Shown piece after piece: positions 20,788 through 29,692 of a DNA stretch of 64,000 bases (positions within the stretch are counted from its first letter, which is position 1; each line of letters opens with the position of its first letter). The translations under genes and the position numbers were made by a program. Source of the stretch: Spirochaetales bacterium (GTDB taxonomy: Bacteria > Spirochaetota > Spirochaetia > SZUA-6); the NCBI GenBank assembly GCA_027021365.1, contig JALUUM010000040.1, forward strand, positions 23,928-87,927, in the 5' to 3' direction. The notes under the pieces are model-generated. The model made no database searches, was not told the DNA's origin, and saw only the letters and a program-made list of their open reading frames with translations.

Positions 20788-21996
20788 ATGAGTTACGATC
20801 TTCTTATCAAAAACGCCAGAACGAGAAAGTCTGGCAAGAAACTCACCGACATTGCTATCAGTGGCGGAAAGATAGCAAAGATAGCCGAAGGCATCGGAGA
20901 GTCGGCAACAAAGACGATCGATGCGGGAGGAAAGCTTGTTACGGAATCCTTTGTAAACGGACACCTTCACCTCTGTAAGGTATATACACTTACCATGGTC
21001 GGGGAGGATGCCCTTACCTCGTATCAGGGCGGTTCCATGGGCAAGGCTATGACGGCAATTGAACTGGCATCCAGAGTAAAGGAAAGGTATGACGAGAGCT
21101 GGATCATAGAAAACGTAAGAAAGGCTGCTCGCCTGGCAGTAAAGAACGGAGTTACCCATATAAGGGCTTTTGCGGATACCGATACAAAAGCCAAGCTTGA
21201 GGGTGTCAAGGCTCTCATAAAGGCAAGAGAGGAGTTCAAGGATTCGGTTGAACTGCAGGTTGTAGCCTTTCCCCAGGACGGTGTTGTTCGAGACCCGGGT
21301 GCGGAAGACTATGTCCGTGAGGCAATGAAACTCGGCGCCGATGTCGTGGGCGGAATCCCATGGATCGAATACACCGATGCCGATGCGCAGGAGCATATAG
21401 ACAGGATGTTTGCCATTGCCAAGGAATTCAACAAGGATGTATCCATGTTGATAGATGACGCGGGTGACCCTGGTCTTAGAACCCTGGAGATGCTTGCAGT
21501 AAAAACTATCAAGGAAGGGTGGGAAGGACGTGTGATGGTACATCACGCCCGAGCCATGGAACTATACGCTGAGCCGTACTTCAGAAAGATAGTAGCCCTC
21601 CTAAAGAAGGGAAGAATCGGTATCGTAAGCGATCCGCAGACAGGGCCCCTGCATGCACGGGTCAGGGACCTATACGATGAAGGGGTAAAGATTGCTCTTG
21701 GACAGGATGACATCGCAGATGCTTACTATCCCTTCGGAAGAAACAACATGCTCGAAGTTGCATTTCTTGCCGCTCATCTGCTCTGGATGACGACCTTCGA
21801 AGAGATGGAAATTCTTTACGATCTGATCACTACAAATGCCGCAGAGGCAATGGCAATTAAAAATTTCGAGATGAAAGAGGGAAATCCGGCAAATCTGGTA
21901 GTACTCAATGCAGAAACTGTGTGGGAAGCATTAACAGAACACGATGTACCGTTACACGTTATAAAGGATGGCAAAGAGGTTACCCTCGAATCTTGA
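20788..21996 (+). CDS. Cytosine/creatinine deaminase-like amidohydrolase
   Basis: NGHLHLCK metal motif, VAFPQDG, ADVVGGIP, GQDDI, GNPANLVVL; strong RBS GGAGGAG. Confidence 0.88.
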   Translation: MSYDLLIKNARTRKSGKKLTDIAISGGKIAKIAEGIGESATKTIDAGGKLVTESFVNGHLHLCKVYTLTMVGEDALTSYQGGSMGKAMTAIELASRVKERYDESWIIENVRKAARLAVKNGVTHIRAFADTDTKAKLEGVKALIKAREEFKDSVELQVVAFPQDGVVRDPGAEDYVREAMKLGADVVGGIPWIEYTDADAQEHIDRMFAIAKEFNKDVSMLIDDAGDPGLRTLEMLAVKTIKEGWEGRVMVHHARAMELYAEPYFRKIVALLKKGRIGIVSDPQTGPLHARVRDLYDEGVKIALGQDDIADAYYPFGRNNMLEVAFLAAHLLWMTTFEEMEILYDLITTNAAEAMAIKNFEMKEGNPANLVVLNAETVWEALTEHDVPLHVIKDGKEVTLES

Positions 21997-22038
21997 TATT
22001 TATTGGCAATTACGGCTGCACTTACTTTATTTACAGAA

Positions 22039-22079
22039 GGGGCATCTTCCCGTAAAACGGAGGATTGCCCCGTTTTTTT
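22039..22079 (+). terminator. Intrinsic terminator (probably bidirectional)
   Basis: GGGGCATCTTCCCGT-AAA-ACGGAGGATTGCCCC followed by a T run, between convergent genes. Confidence 0.75.
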
Positions 22080-22092
22080 AACCTTTTCAACT

Positions 22093-22404
22093 TCAACTGT
22101 CTTCTATCGGAATGATCTGGTCGAGGTGTATCTCCGCAAACTGATCCTTCAGGGAATCAGAAATTCCCTTTATCTTCATCTTTCCACCCAGTTTGTCAAA
22201 ATGCTTGAAGAATCGTAAGAGTTTTCCAATGCCTGCACTCGTTATCGAAGGAACTTCGCTCAAGTCGAATTCTGCATATTTTACCGATTCATCCGATGCT
22301 ATCTCCATGAACTTGTTTGTGAGTTCGGAACCACCTTCGGTATCTATAGCTCCAGTTATCTTGAAGTATACGGTGTCATCCTCAATTACAATGTCAATAT
22401 CCAT
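22093..22404 (-). CDS. STAS domain anti-sigma-factor antagonist (copy 2)
   Basis: ITGAID, FDLSEVPSITSAGIGKLL, EIHLDQIIPI. Confidence 0.9.
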   Translation of the reverse strand: MDIDIVIEDDTVYFKITGAIDTEGGSELTNKFMEIASDESVKYAEFDLSEVPSITSAGIGKLLRFFKHFDKLGGKMKIKGISDSLKDQFAEIHLDQIIPIEDS

Positions 22405-22431
22405 TTTTCATTCTCCTTAAATATCGTGATG

Positions 22432-23253
22432 TCATGGTGCTTTATGCTCGAATTCTGTTTCACTCAACCACAGAGATATGGCGTTGAAAACCTGCTCTCG
22501 TCTCTTCTCGGCAAATATATCGTGAAGCATCCTTGGGAAAGTCACAAGCTTTTTCCTCTTACATTCCACTTTCTCGTAGAATCTCTCCACTGCATTGACA
22601 TCAGCTATCTTGTCAAATTCTCCGTGAAGGAAGAGGAGTTTTGAACTTTTAAGCTTTTCGAGGTTTTCCTCCACTTTTCTGTTAGACTCATCGATCTTTA
22701 CAAGTAAACGCTTCGTTATCTTCTTTACTATCAATTCGTCCTCAGTAAGCCTTTCCACCCTTCCCTGGTCGGTAACAAAATCTTCCAGTGTCACATCTAC
22801 CGGACTTTCCTCGTCCTTTATGGCACTGTCGATAAGCGGTGAAGAGAGTAGAAGTGATGCAAGTATCGTTCTAACAGGATTCTCCGGATATCGAAGGGGA
22901 TAGGCAAGTGCCACACTGGCACCGAGGGAATGACCGAGAAAGATTATTTCCCGGTATCCCTCCCTTCCCTTTACCATTCTGCGGAAAGCTTCCAGATCAT
23001 CCACGTACAGTGAAAAGTCATCGATATCTCCGCGCTCTCCCGGACTCCTGCCGAAACCCTTTAAATCAATTGCATAAACCTTGTAACCCTTGTTCACCAT
23101 GGCAGGAATCAAGAACGGGTAAGCTCCTCCATGATAACACAGCCCGTGAATCAGAATGATTATCTTGTTGTAACTCTTGCTCGATTCTTCCCAGTACTGG
23201 TAGGAAAGTTTTTCTCCCTTATGGTTGAGAAAACTCGTCACTATATGATTCAA
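22432..23253 (-). CDS. Alpha/beta hydrolase (lysophospholipase/monoacylglycerol lipase family)
   Basis: IHGL, DLKGFGRS.G.RG, GHSLG nucleophile elbow, HGEFDKI, PRMLHDI. Confidence 0.9.
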   Translation of the reverse strand: MNHIVTSFLNHKGEKLSYQYWEESSKSYNKIIILIHGLCYHGGAYPFLIPAMVNKGYKVYAIDLKGFGRSPGERGDIDDFSLYVDDLEAFRRMVKGREGYREIIFLGHSLGASVALAYPLRYPENPVRTILASLLLSSPLIDSAIKDEESPVDVTLEDFVTDQGRVERLTEDELIVKKITKRLLVKIDESNRKVEENLEKLKSSKLLFLHGEFDKIADVNAVERFYEKVECKRKKLVTFPRMLHDIFAEKRREQVFNAISLWLSETEFEHKAP

Positions 23254-23264
23254 GGGGAACCTCC

Positions 23265-23573
23265 TTATTTATTTATCGGGAAGATTCTATCCAAGTGTAT
23301 TTCCATGAACTGTTTGTAGAGATTATCTGATATGCCCTTTATTTCAAAGGTACCCCCCTTTGAATCCATGAATTTGTAGAAATTCATCAGCTTTCCGATA
23401 CCGGAGGATGTAATTGTTTTTACAGTGGTCATGTCACAGATTACATGCATCACATCGTCCATTTCCATAATCTCCTGGATCTTCACCGACAATGCATGCC
23501 CTCCGTCAGTATCTATGTTACCATCGATTATCATTTTTACAGTGTCACCGGATTTTTCGAGATCAATATCCAT
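23265..23573 (-). CDS. STAS domain anti-sigma-factor antagonist (copy 1)
   Basis: IDGNID, CDMTTVKTITSSGIGKLM, EIHLDRIFPI. Confidence 0.9.
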   Translation of the reverse strand: MDIDLEKSGDTVKMIIDGNIDTDGGHALSVKIQEIMEMDDVMHVICDMTTVKTITSSGIGKLMNFYKFMDSKGGTFEIKGISDNLYKQFMEIHLDRIFPINK

Positions 23574-23598
23574 GTTTTTCCTCCTAATACTAGTATTA

Positions 23599-24687
23599 CT
23601 ATTCTGTTGATTCCTCTAAAATTATCGCCTTCTTTACTTCTCCGAGCAGCTTTGAAAGTCTATCGATTATCTCCGCCCGTATGTTGAACAGGACCTGTTT
23701 GTAGGCTCTTTTCTTACCCTGTTCAACCTTTCTCGGATTGAAATGTGATTCGAACTCCTCCTCGTCGGGTCTTATTGTGAGGGGTTGTGTCACCAAGTCT
23801 CCGTCTATCCTGCTTGGGAATATCGATACTATCTCCTCCATGCCCAGTCCCTTCACTACATTCTCCGGAAGATTCTCCGAGAGGAACTTCGATCTGCCCT
23901 CCTCACTTAAGCCCTTTAGCTCGAGTTTCACATAGGCATAGTACCTGCCGTACGGATTGTTCTCGTCCCTGGGATACTCACCGTCAGTTGCTATGGAGAA
24001 TTCATAGAATGATTCTTCTCCCTTGTCAACAAGACTGTTCCAAAGCTCTGCATACAGAGCCACCTTCTCATATGAATCACCCGGGACGAGATACATGTCA
24101 CCACATACCTCTATCAGTTTCCCGCCTGTATCCGCCACGTAAAGGGTATTCCAATCGTACCGGTTAAGGATTTTCTCCTGCTCTTCCCTGATTCCCGACA
24201 GTACCACATGAGGCACCTCCTCCTTTGCCATTTTTTCAGCATAACTCCTCCTGAAGTCGGAGTAGTAGGAGGGGTAATCCTCATCCTCCGGCCTTATCTT
24301 GAGGTCTTCGGTTACCTGTCTTCCCTTTATCGTTCCGGGAAAATACTTGATAAGTTTATCCCTGCCAAACTTTTCCGCCAGCGGGGCAAGAGCCTTGAGC
24401 AGGTTTTCCTCCTTCTCTTCGGCACTCTGCCCCTTCAGTTCGAACCTGAGGTAAGCATAGTATCTACCATGATCGGCAATGTCCTCATCGTGCATCCCAT
24501 CATGAGCTACCGTCTTTTCGTAGAGGGAAAGAATATCTATCCCCTTCAGAGCCTGATACAGTTCCTCGAGCTCTCTGATTTCTTCAATGGCTTCTTTCGG
24601 TCCATAGTACGTTCTATCATCGATGACTACACCATCATCGAAATCGATATTTTCGAGGAGTTTAGAGTAACGTTCAATCCTTGTCAC
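23599..24687 (-). CDS. Hypothetical acidic protein built from two tandem homologous domains
   Basis: Two copies of GRYYAY[LV][RK].ELKG.S.E...FP..I.G..VT..L.IRP.[DE]E.[YF].S. Confidence 0.85.
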   Translation of the reverse strand: MTRIERYSKLLENIDFDDGVVIDDRTYYGPKEAIEEIRELEELYQALKGIDILSLYEKTVAHDGMHDEDIADHGRYYAYLRFELKGQSAEEKEENLLKALAPLAEKFGRDKLIKYFPGTIKGRQVTEDLKIRPEDEDYPSYYSDFRRSYAEKMAKEEVPHVVLSGIREEQEKILNRYDWNTLYVADTGGKLIEVCGDMYLVPGDSYEKVALYAELWNSLVDKGEESFYEFSIATDGEYPRDENNPYGRYYAYVKLELKGLSEEGRSKFLSENLPENVVKGLGMEEIVSIFPSRIDGDLVTQPLTIRPDEEEFESHFNPRKVEQGKKRAYKQVLFNIRAEIIDRLSKLLGEVKKAIILEESTE

Positions 24688-24690
24688 TTA

Positions 24691-25419
24691 TCAACCCTTC
24701 GCTTTTTCTTTGTCTCTTTTTAGCTTTTCTTTAAGAGGAACACGCTTTCTTGGTGCCACCTCTTTTTCATGGTAACTTGCCTTTACGAGAAGGACGGGCG
24801 GAATCACGTCTTCCATTCTCTTCTTGTCGTCGAAGAAGGCATTCCTTATAGCAGATGCATGAATGGCAACCTCTTCCATATCCGGATCTGTCCCTACGCC
24901 TTCAAGCTGGGATATCTTGTCCAGTATATCGAGGATGGTTCTATTCAGGGCATCATCCTGTCCCTTCTCCTTGTCCAGATGTTTACCAAGGGCATTGAGA
25001 TCCGAAATGGAAAGCGGGTAAATTCTGTATCCATCCCTCGGCGAACTGTAGTTTGATTGCAGTACTCCGAGTATAACGGATAGATTCTTGGGATATATAC
25101 CACCTTTATGCCACTTCGTCATCATCCCGAATATCTTTCCCACTATGTATCTGTTCGGCTGAACCGGTGACAACAGGAGAAAAGGATCCTTGTCACCTAT
25201 CAGGGCATCTATCACCCAGTGATTCTCAATTTCAAGCATACGTAGGAATACGGGGTAATTCTCCGGCGTCAAACCTACCGTATTCAGGAATGCAGCATAG
25301 GTCATTGCGGCTTCAACTGCTTCATAGGTTCGACAACCCATGATACCCTGAAGAAGCCTGTTCTCTATTTCCGCTATCTGTTCGGGTGTCCATGTTTCTT
25401 GTGCTATTAATTCATCCAT
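24691..25419 (-). CDS. Hypothetical protein, paralog of the adjacent gene
   Basis: Shares ENHWV.DALIGD.DPFLLLS..QPNRY, GGIYP, LGVLQS.YSSP.DGY.IYPL, LGKHL.KEKGQ with 25451..26170; RBS AGGAG. Confidence 0.85.
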   Translation of the reverse strand: MDELIAQETWTPEQIAEIENRLLQGIMGCRTYEAVEAAMTYAAFLNTVGLTPENYPVFLRMLEIENHWVIDALIGDKDPFLLLSPVQPNRYIVGKIFGMMTKWHKGGIYPKNLSVILGVLQSNYSSPRDGYRIYPLSISDLNALGKHLDKEKGQDDALNRTILDILDKISQLEGVGTDPDMEEVAIHASAIRNAFFDDKKRMEDVIPPVLLVKASYHEKEVAPRKRVPLKEKLKRDKEKAKG

Positions 25420-25450
25420 ATTTCATCTCCTTCTTTCTTGATTTGATTGA

Positions 25451-26170
25451 TTAGTCGTGCCTGTGAGTAACATCAATGTCTTCCTCGAATACAAAGCGTG
25501 GAGGAACCTCTTCCTTAAGGTAATCACCGCGCACGAGGAGGACCTGAGGTATACAATCTTCCAGTTTCTTCGTGTTGTCGAAAAAGTTGCTTCTGATTCT
25601 TATAGCCTGTCTTGCAACCTCTTCCATTGATTCATCCCATCCCAGACCCTGCAACGAACCAATCCTGTCGAGGATATCGAGGATACATCTGTTTTGCGGA
25701 TAGTTCTGCCCCTTCTCCTTCTCAAGATGTTTTCCCAGGTTGTCCACGTCTGCCACGTTCAATGGATATATCTTGTATCCATCCTTGGGTGAACTATATG
25801 CACTCTGAAGCACACCCAGAGCAATCGACAGTGTGTTGGGATATATCCCGCCCGGATGCCAGCGTGTCAACAACTTGAAACAGGTAGAAATCACATACCT
25901 GTTTGGCTGGATGGTCGAAAGCAAGAGAAAGGGATCTTCATCCCCTATCAAGGCATCGAGCACCCAATGGTTCTCCACTTCAAGCATCTTCAGGAAAAGC
26001 GGGTAATTATCCGAATTCAACCCCGACAACCTTAGAAACCTTGCATAGCTTATTGCTGCTTCCACAGCCTCGGGAGTCCGTGCAGCTATAATCTGCTGAA
26101 GAATCCTGTTCTCAACAGCTCTGATAGATTCACGGCTCCACAGTTTCGCTTGTTCTTCTAGCTTTCCCAT
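25451..26170 (-). CDS. Hypothetical protein, paralog of the adjacent gene
   Basis: See 24691..25419; RBS AGGAGGAG. Confidence 0.85.
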   Translation of the reverse strand: MGKLEEQAKLWSRESIRAVENRILQQIIAARTPEAVEAAISYARFLRLSGLNSDNYPLFLKMLEVENHWVLDALIGDEDPFLLLSTIQPNRYVISTCFKLLTRWHPGGIYPNTLSIALGVLQSAYSSPKDGYKIYPLNVADVDNLGKHLEKEKGQNYPQNRCILDILDRIGSLQGLGWDESMEEVARQAIRIRSNFFDNTKKLEDCIPQVLLVRGDYLKEEVPPRFVFEEDIDVTHRHD

Positions 26171-26178
26171 ATCTCCTC

Positions 26179-26424
26179 CTATTTCTTACTCTTTTTTTTG
26201 GATTTTTCCTTGCCCGTCTTCAAGACGGAAAGAGACTCTTCCATTTTTTTATCGAAGGGAGTGAGTTCCGGTTTGAGCGGACCTATCTCCCCCTCGATTT
26301 TATCCTTTATCTTTTTTACAGCCTCCATCCTGTTCCTCTCGGCCTGAGTCGCACCTGATATCTCTCCCAGATATCTGTTCACGGCCTGAAGGACGATTTT
26401 CAATTCCTTCTCTGTAAATTCCAT
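26179..26424 (-). CDS. Small helical hypothetical protein with basic tail
   Basis: 81 aa, RBS AAGGAGG, tightly packed in the operon. Confidence 0.8.
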   Translation of the reverse strand: MEFTEKELKIVLQAVNRYLGEISGATQAERNRMEAVKKIKDKIEGEIGPLKPELTPFDKKMEESLSVLKTGKEKSKKKSKK

Positions 26425-26440
26425 TCTGACCTCCTTGTTA

Positions 26441-27340
26441 TCAATTTCTTCTTTTTGTTAGCGTAATGACAGTGCCATTGTCATTGTATTCGATCCTATC
26501 AAAGGCTCTCTTTATAAGGGTGAAACCCTTTCCAGAAACATCCATCACTTCTTCTTTATCCACTGAGTCATGTTCAAGGTAATCTTTCACAAGTGAAGTA
26601 TCAAATCCAGGGCCTTCATCCTTTATTGAGAGAGAAGCGCCCTCACCATCGATACAAAGATCTATATGGATTTTTCTGCTTGCAAACCTCTCATCTTTCA
26701 GACGCTCTTCTTTCAGTATTTCATACCTGTCCTCTTCAAGGATATCCTTTGGACGCAGAGAAGAATCCAGCTCCAGATTCCCATGCTCTATTGAATTCAC
26801 CAAAGCCTCTTCCAGGGCAAGAGCAGCATTTTCTTCCTCTGTAATAGAACTGTATATCCCTGAGTTCCTAAGCAGTTTCGCCAGGTACCTGCAAACACCG
26901 GAAACTGCAATATCCGATGTTTTCCACTCGAAATGCATCTTTGAAACCTTAAGCCCACCGAAAATCCTCGACTCCGCACTGATCAACTTTAGGTTTTCCC
27001 TTATCCTGCTGAAGACCTTTACTATCTCTTCTTCTAATGCCGGAATGAAAAAAGGGATTATGTCATCTATCATCATAACGGAGAAAGCAACCTTCCTGTT
27101 GTCCAGGGGCAGACCAACCGCATAGAAATGTTCGGGAACCTCGGTTTTAAGGCGCTTCAATAGCCTTATATCCTCTTTCGAATCGATGCAGAGAAAAACG
27201 ACTGCACTTTTACCAAGTGAAGTTATTCTTTCAAAGGGGTTTTCATCCACACGAATAACATTGGCACCTTTCTTGGATAATGCCTCGGCAATCGTATCCG
27301 TGTCTCTCTCCGTAAAACCAAGGGTATAGACTAAATTCAT
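26441..27340 (-). CDS. RsbW/SpoIIAB-like HATPase Ser kinase with degenerate receiver-like N-terminus
   Basis: N-box LALEEALVNSIEHGN, G1 IKDEGPGFD, G2 SGKGFTLI, EYNDNGTVITL; ATG 27340 chosen. Confidence 0.88.
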   Translation of the reverse strand: MNLVYTLGFTERDTDTIAEALSKKGANVIRVDENPFERITSLGKSAVVFLCIDSKEDIRLLKRLKTEVPEHFYAVGLPLDNRKVAFSVMMIDDIIPFFIPALEEEIVKVFSRIRENLKLISAESRIFGGLKVSKMHFEWKTSDIAVSGVCRYLAKLLRNSGIYSSITEEENAALALEEALVNSIEHGNLELDSSLRPKDILEEDRYEILKEERLKDERFASRKIHIDLCIDGEGASLSIKDEGPGFDTSLVKDYLEHDSVDKEEVMDVSGKGFTLIKRAFDRIEYNDNGTVITLTKRRN

Positions 27341-27431
27341 AGTATATTTTCCTAATAAATATATTATTAATAACAAATCAATATGCAAGATTTTTTTTCA
27401 TATTTAATCTTTTTAAGCCGATTAGTAGAAC

Positions 27432-28205
27432 ATGAGGGGGTATGAGCCAAAAATTCTCTGTGTTGCCCAGCAGAAAGGCGGGGTCTGCAAGACAACTTCT
27501 GTTCTCTCACTATCTGCAGCATGGGCAATGGAAGGGAAAAAGGTACTAATGCTCGATACTGATCCACAGGCAAATCTTACAAGAAACATCCTTGATTATG
27601 AAAAGGTTAAAAAGGACATATCTCTCCTCTACAGGGGTGAAGCTGATATAAAAAAATTGATTACAAAGACACCCTACGATAATCTGTACATCATACCGAC
27701 GAGAACAAAACTGAACAGGGTAGAAAATCTCGAGAGAACCCTCTCTACCTTCAACACATTAAGAAAGAACATCCCCTTGATTGCAAAACGGTACCGTTAC
27801 ATCGTTATCGATACACCCCCTTCACTCGGCCTCTTTACAATATCAGCCCTTCTCGCTGCAACACATGTTCTTGTTCCCGTACAGCCTACCTTCTTCTGCC
27901 AGGAAGGGCTCGGTGATTTGAATGAAACCATAAGAGACGCAAGGGAAAGTAACCCGAACCTGAAGAGCGTGAGATATTTTATTACTCTCTACGACAGGAG
28001 AACAATTATAAGTCAGGACCTTGCTGCTGTTCTTCGGCAACAACTTGGTGACAAGGTATTCAAAACGGTTATACATAAAAACATAGCGGTAGAAGAGAGC
28101 CAATATGCACAAAAGACGATATTCGACTATGCACCAAAATCGAGAGGAGCAAACGATTTCAAAGCACTTGCAAAGGAAGTGGAAGAATGGCTAGAAAACG
28201 CCTGA
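27432..28205 (+). CDS. ParA/Soj-family ATPase (orphan)
   Basis: Deviant Walker A QQKGGVCKTT, LDTDPQAN, IDTPPSLG, YDRRT, YAPKSRGANDFKALAKEV. Confidence 0.93.
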   Translation: MRGYEPKILCVAQQKGGVCKTTSVLSLSAAWAMEGKKVLMLDTDPQANLTRNILDYEKVKKDISLLYRGEADIKKLITKTPYDNLYIIPTRTKLNRVENLERTLSTFNTLRKNIPLIAKRYRYIVIDTPPSLGLFTISALLAATHVLVPVQPTFFCQEGLGDLNETIRDARESNPNLKSVRYFITLYDRRTIISQDLAAVLRQQLGDKVFKTVIHKNIAVEESQYAQKTIFDYAPKSRGANDFKALAKEVEEWLENA

Positions 28206-28633
28206 TAAAAGGCCCAAATGCAGAAAGAGTGGAAAAGAGAATTGCAGATGCGCCGGAGGATATCACGGAGACCAGTATCTTCAAGGTTCTGAAAGAAATA
28301 GAGGAAAAGAGCAAAAAGACGAATAAAAAACAAAAAACAACCGAAGGGAATCAAAGCGAGAAAGTTTCCCGAAAAACAAAGAAGCGCAAGAAGAGTGAGG
28401 CAACACCTTCCCATGAGAATCTACCGGAGACAGCCATAATACAGGAAAAGCAGGCAACCGAAACAGAAGAGACCAGAACTTCATTACGTAAAGCGATAAA
28501 ATTTACGAAGGCTGAAAGGGAAATAATAAGAAAGTCATGCATCAGTTACAAAAACACTCTTCCCATCTATCTCAAGGCCTTTCAGAACGAGGTAAAGATA
28601 ATCGATAACGTCCTAAAAAAACTGAAGAGATAA
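28187..28633 (+). CDS. ParA-associated hypothetical protein (basic N-terminus, disordered linker, helical C-terminus)
   Basis: Overlaps the parA stop; no ParB CTPase GxRR motif. Confidence 0.75.
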   Translation: MARKRLIKGPNAERVEKRIADAPEDITETSIFKVLKEIEEKSKKTNKKQKTTEGNQSEKVSRKTKKRKKSEATPSHENLPETAIIQEKQATETEETRTSLRKAIKFTKAEREIIRKSCISYKNTLPIYLKAFQNEVKIIDNVLKKLKR

Positions 28634-28667
28634 AATTCTACAACCACACCACCCGGGCATTCAAGTC

Positions 28668-29471
28668 CTACTGCTCGGTCAAGAATATCTTTAGGTCACC
28701 GAGCATCCTTTTCCAATACTTGTCGTAAAACAAGAAGTGTTTCATTCTCGGATAACCATGCATTTCCATACGTGCGTTTTTCAATGATTCTTTCAATAGC
28801 TCCAAACGATTTATATTTACCAGCCTATCGAACTCACCATAATAAACGGCAATTCTTGCACTTACCACATCCAGGGGATAGTCTCCCGGAAAATCATCGA
28901 ACTCTCTTCGCATATCCCTTACCAGCCGTTTTGAAATGGTGGGGTTTTCAATCAAGATCCTTCTTATTGCACTTCTTTCATCCTCTACCTCTGAAAGCAT
29001 ATCATCTTCGAAGGAGAGACCTACCCTTTTTTTGAAGAGCAGGGAAGTGTTCAGAGGTTTTTCCCTGAAATCAAGAACCGGAGAGAAAAATACCATTCGC
29101 TTGAAAGGCGGAAGGACACGGAAATAGTAGCTTAAAAACGGAAGAACAGAAACAGAAAAGACAAATGGTACCATTTTGAGCTTTTTCTCTTTTTCTTCAA
29201 GGAATGATCGGAAGCTTCCAAAATGCAACGAAAACTCGTCTATCCCTCCTGAAGCTCTCTCTTCCGGATTCACCTCCGGAATAAGGGGTGCATATATTTT
29301 GAAATAATTTTCGAGAAGGAAGTCCACCAACCTTCTGTTCTCTTCTATCCGAGTATAGGAATCACCCAGTACAATGGCTATCCTGCCATATCCACCCTGC
29401 CTTATCTCCCAGCTATGATAGGGAATCCTTGTCCCATCACTTGCCTTGAAAACGGATTTTATGTGATTCAT
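28668..29471 (-). CDS. Alpha/beta hydrolase-fold protein with degenerate nucleophile elbow, paralog of 22432..23253
   Basis: MNHIKSVF...Y.SWE, YGEFDRLV, PRMKHFLF align with the paralog; GHSLG position reads VFSVS. Confidence 0.75.
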   Translation of the reverse strand: MNHIKSVFKASDGTRIPYHSWEIRQGGYGRIAIVLGDSYTRIEENRRLVDFLLENYFKIYAPLIPEVNPEERASGGIDEFSLHFGSFRSFLEEKEKKLKMVPFVFSVSVLPFLSYYFRVLPPFKRMVFFSPVLDFREKPLNTSLLFKKRVGLSFEDDMLSEVEDERSAIRRILIENPTISKRLVRDMRREFDDFPGDYPLDVVSARIAVYYGEFDRLVNINRLELLKESLKNARMEMHGYPRMKHFLFYDKYWKRMLGDLKIFLTEQ

Positions 29472-29692
29472 TTCTTCTTCATCACCCTCCTTCTGGTATA
29501 TTAATCATTATATTCATCATCCTTTCAATTTCAAAAGATTTTTCTTTGTTAAAAGGGAGAAAAAATTGCTATACTGTCACAGAGCCAATCATTCAAGGGA
29601 ACGCAGAAAAAAGGCTTGTAACACATATAAATATAAATAGAATACATAATAACCAAAGACCGGATACCAAAGTTGCAGGACAGGGATAAGGA

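Noticed and set aside
27432-28633. parA as a sign of a plasmid, prophage or chromosomal origin
   Set aside because: No rep, parB, dnaA, integrase or phage genes and no compositional shift nearby.
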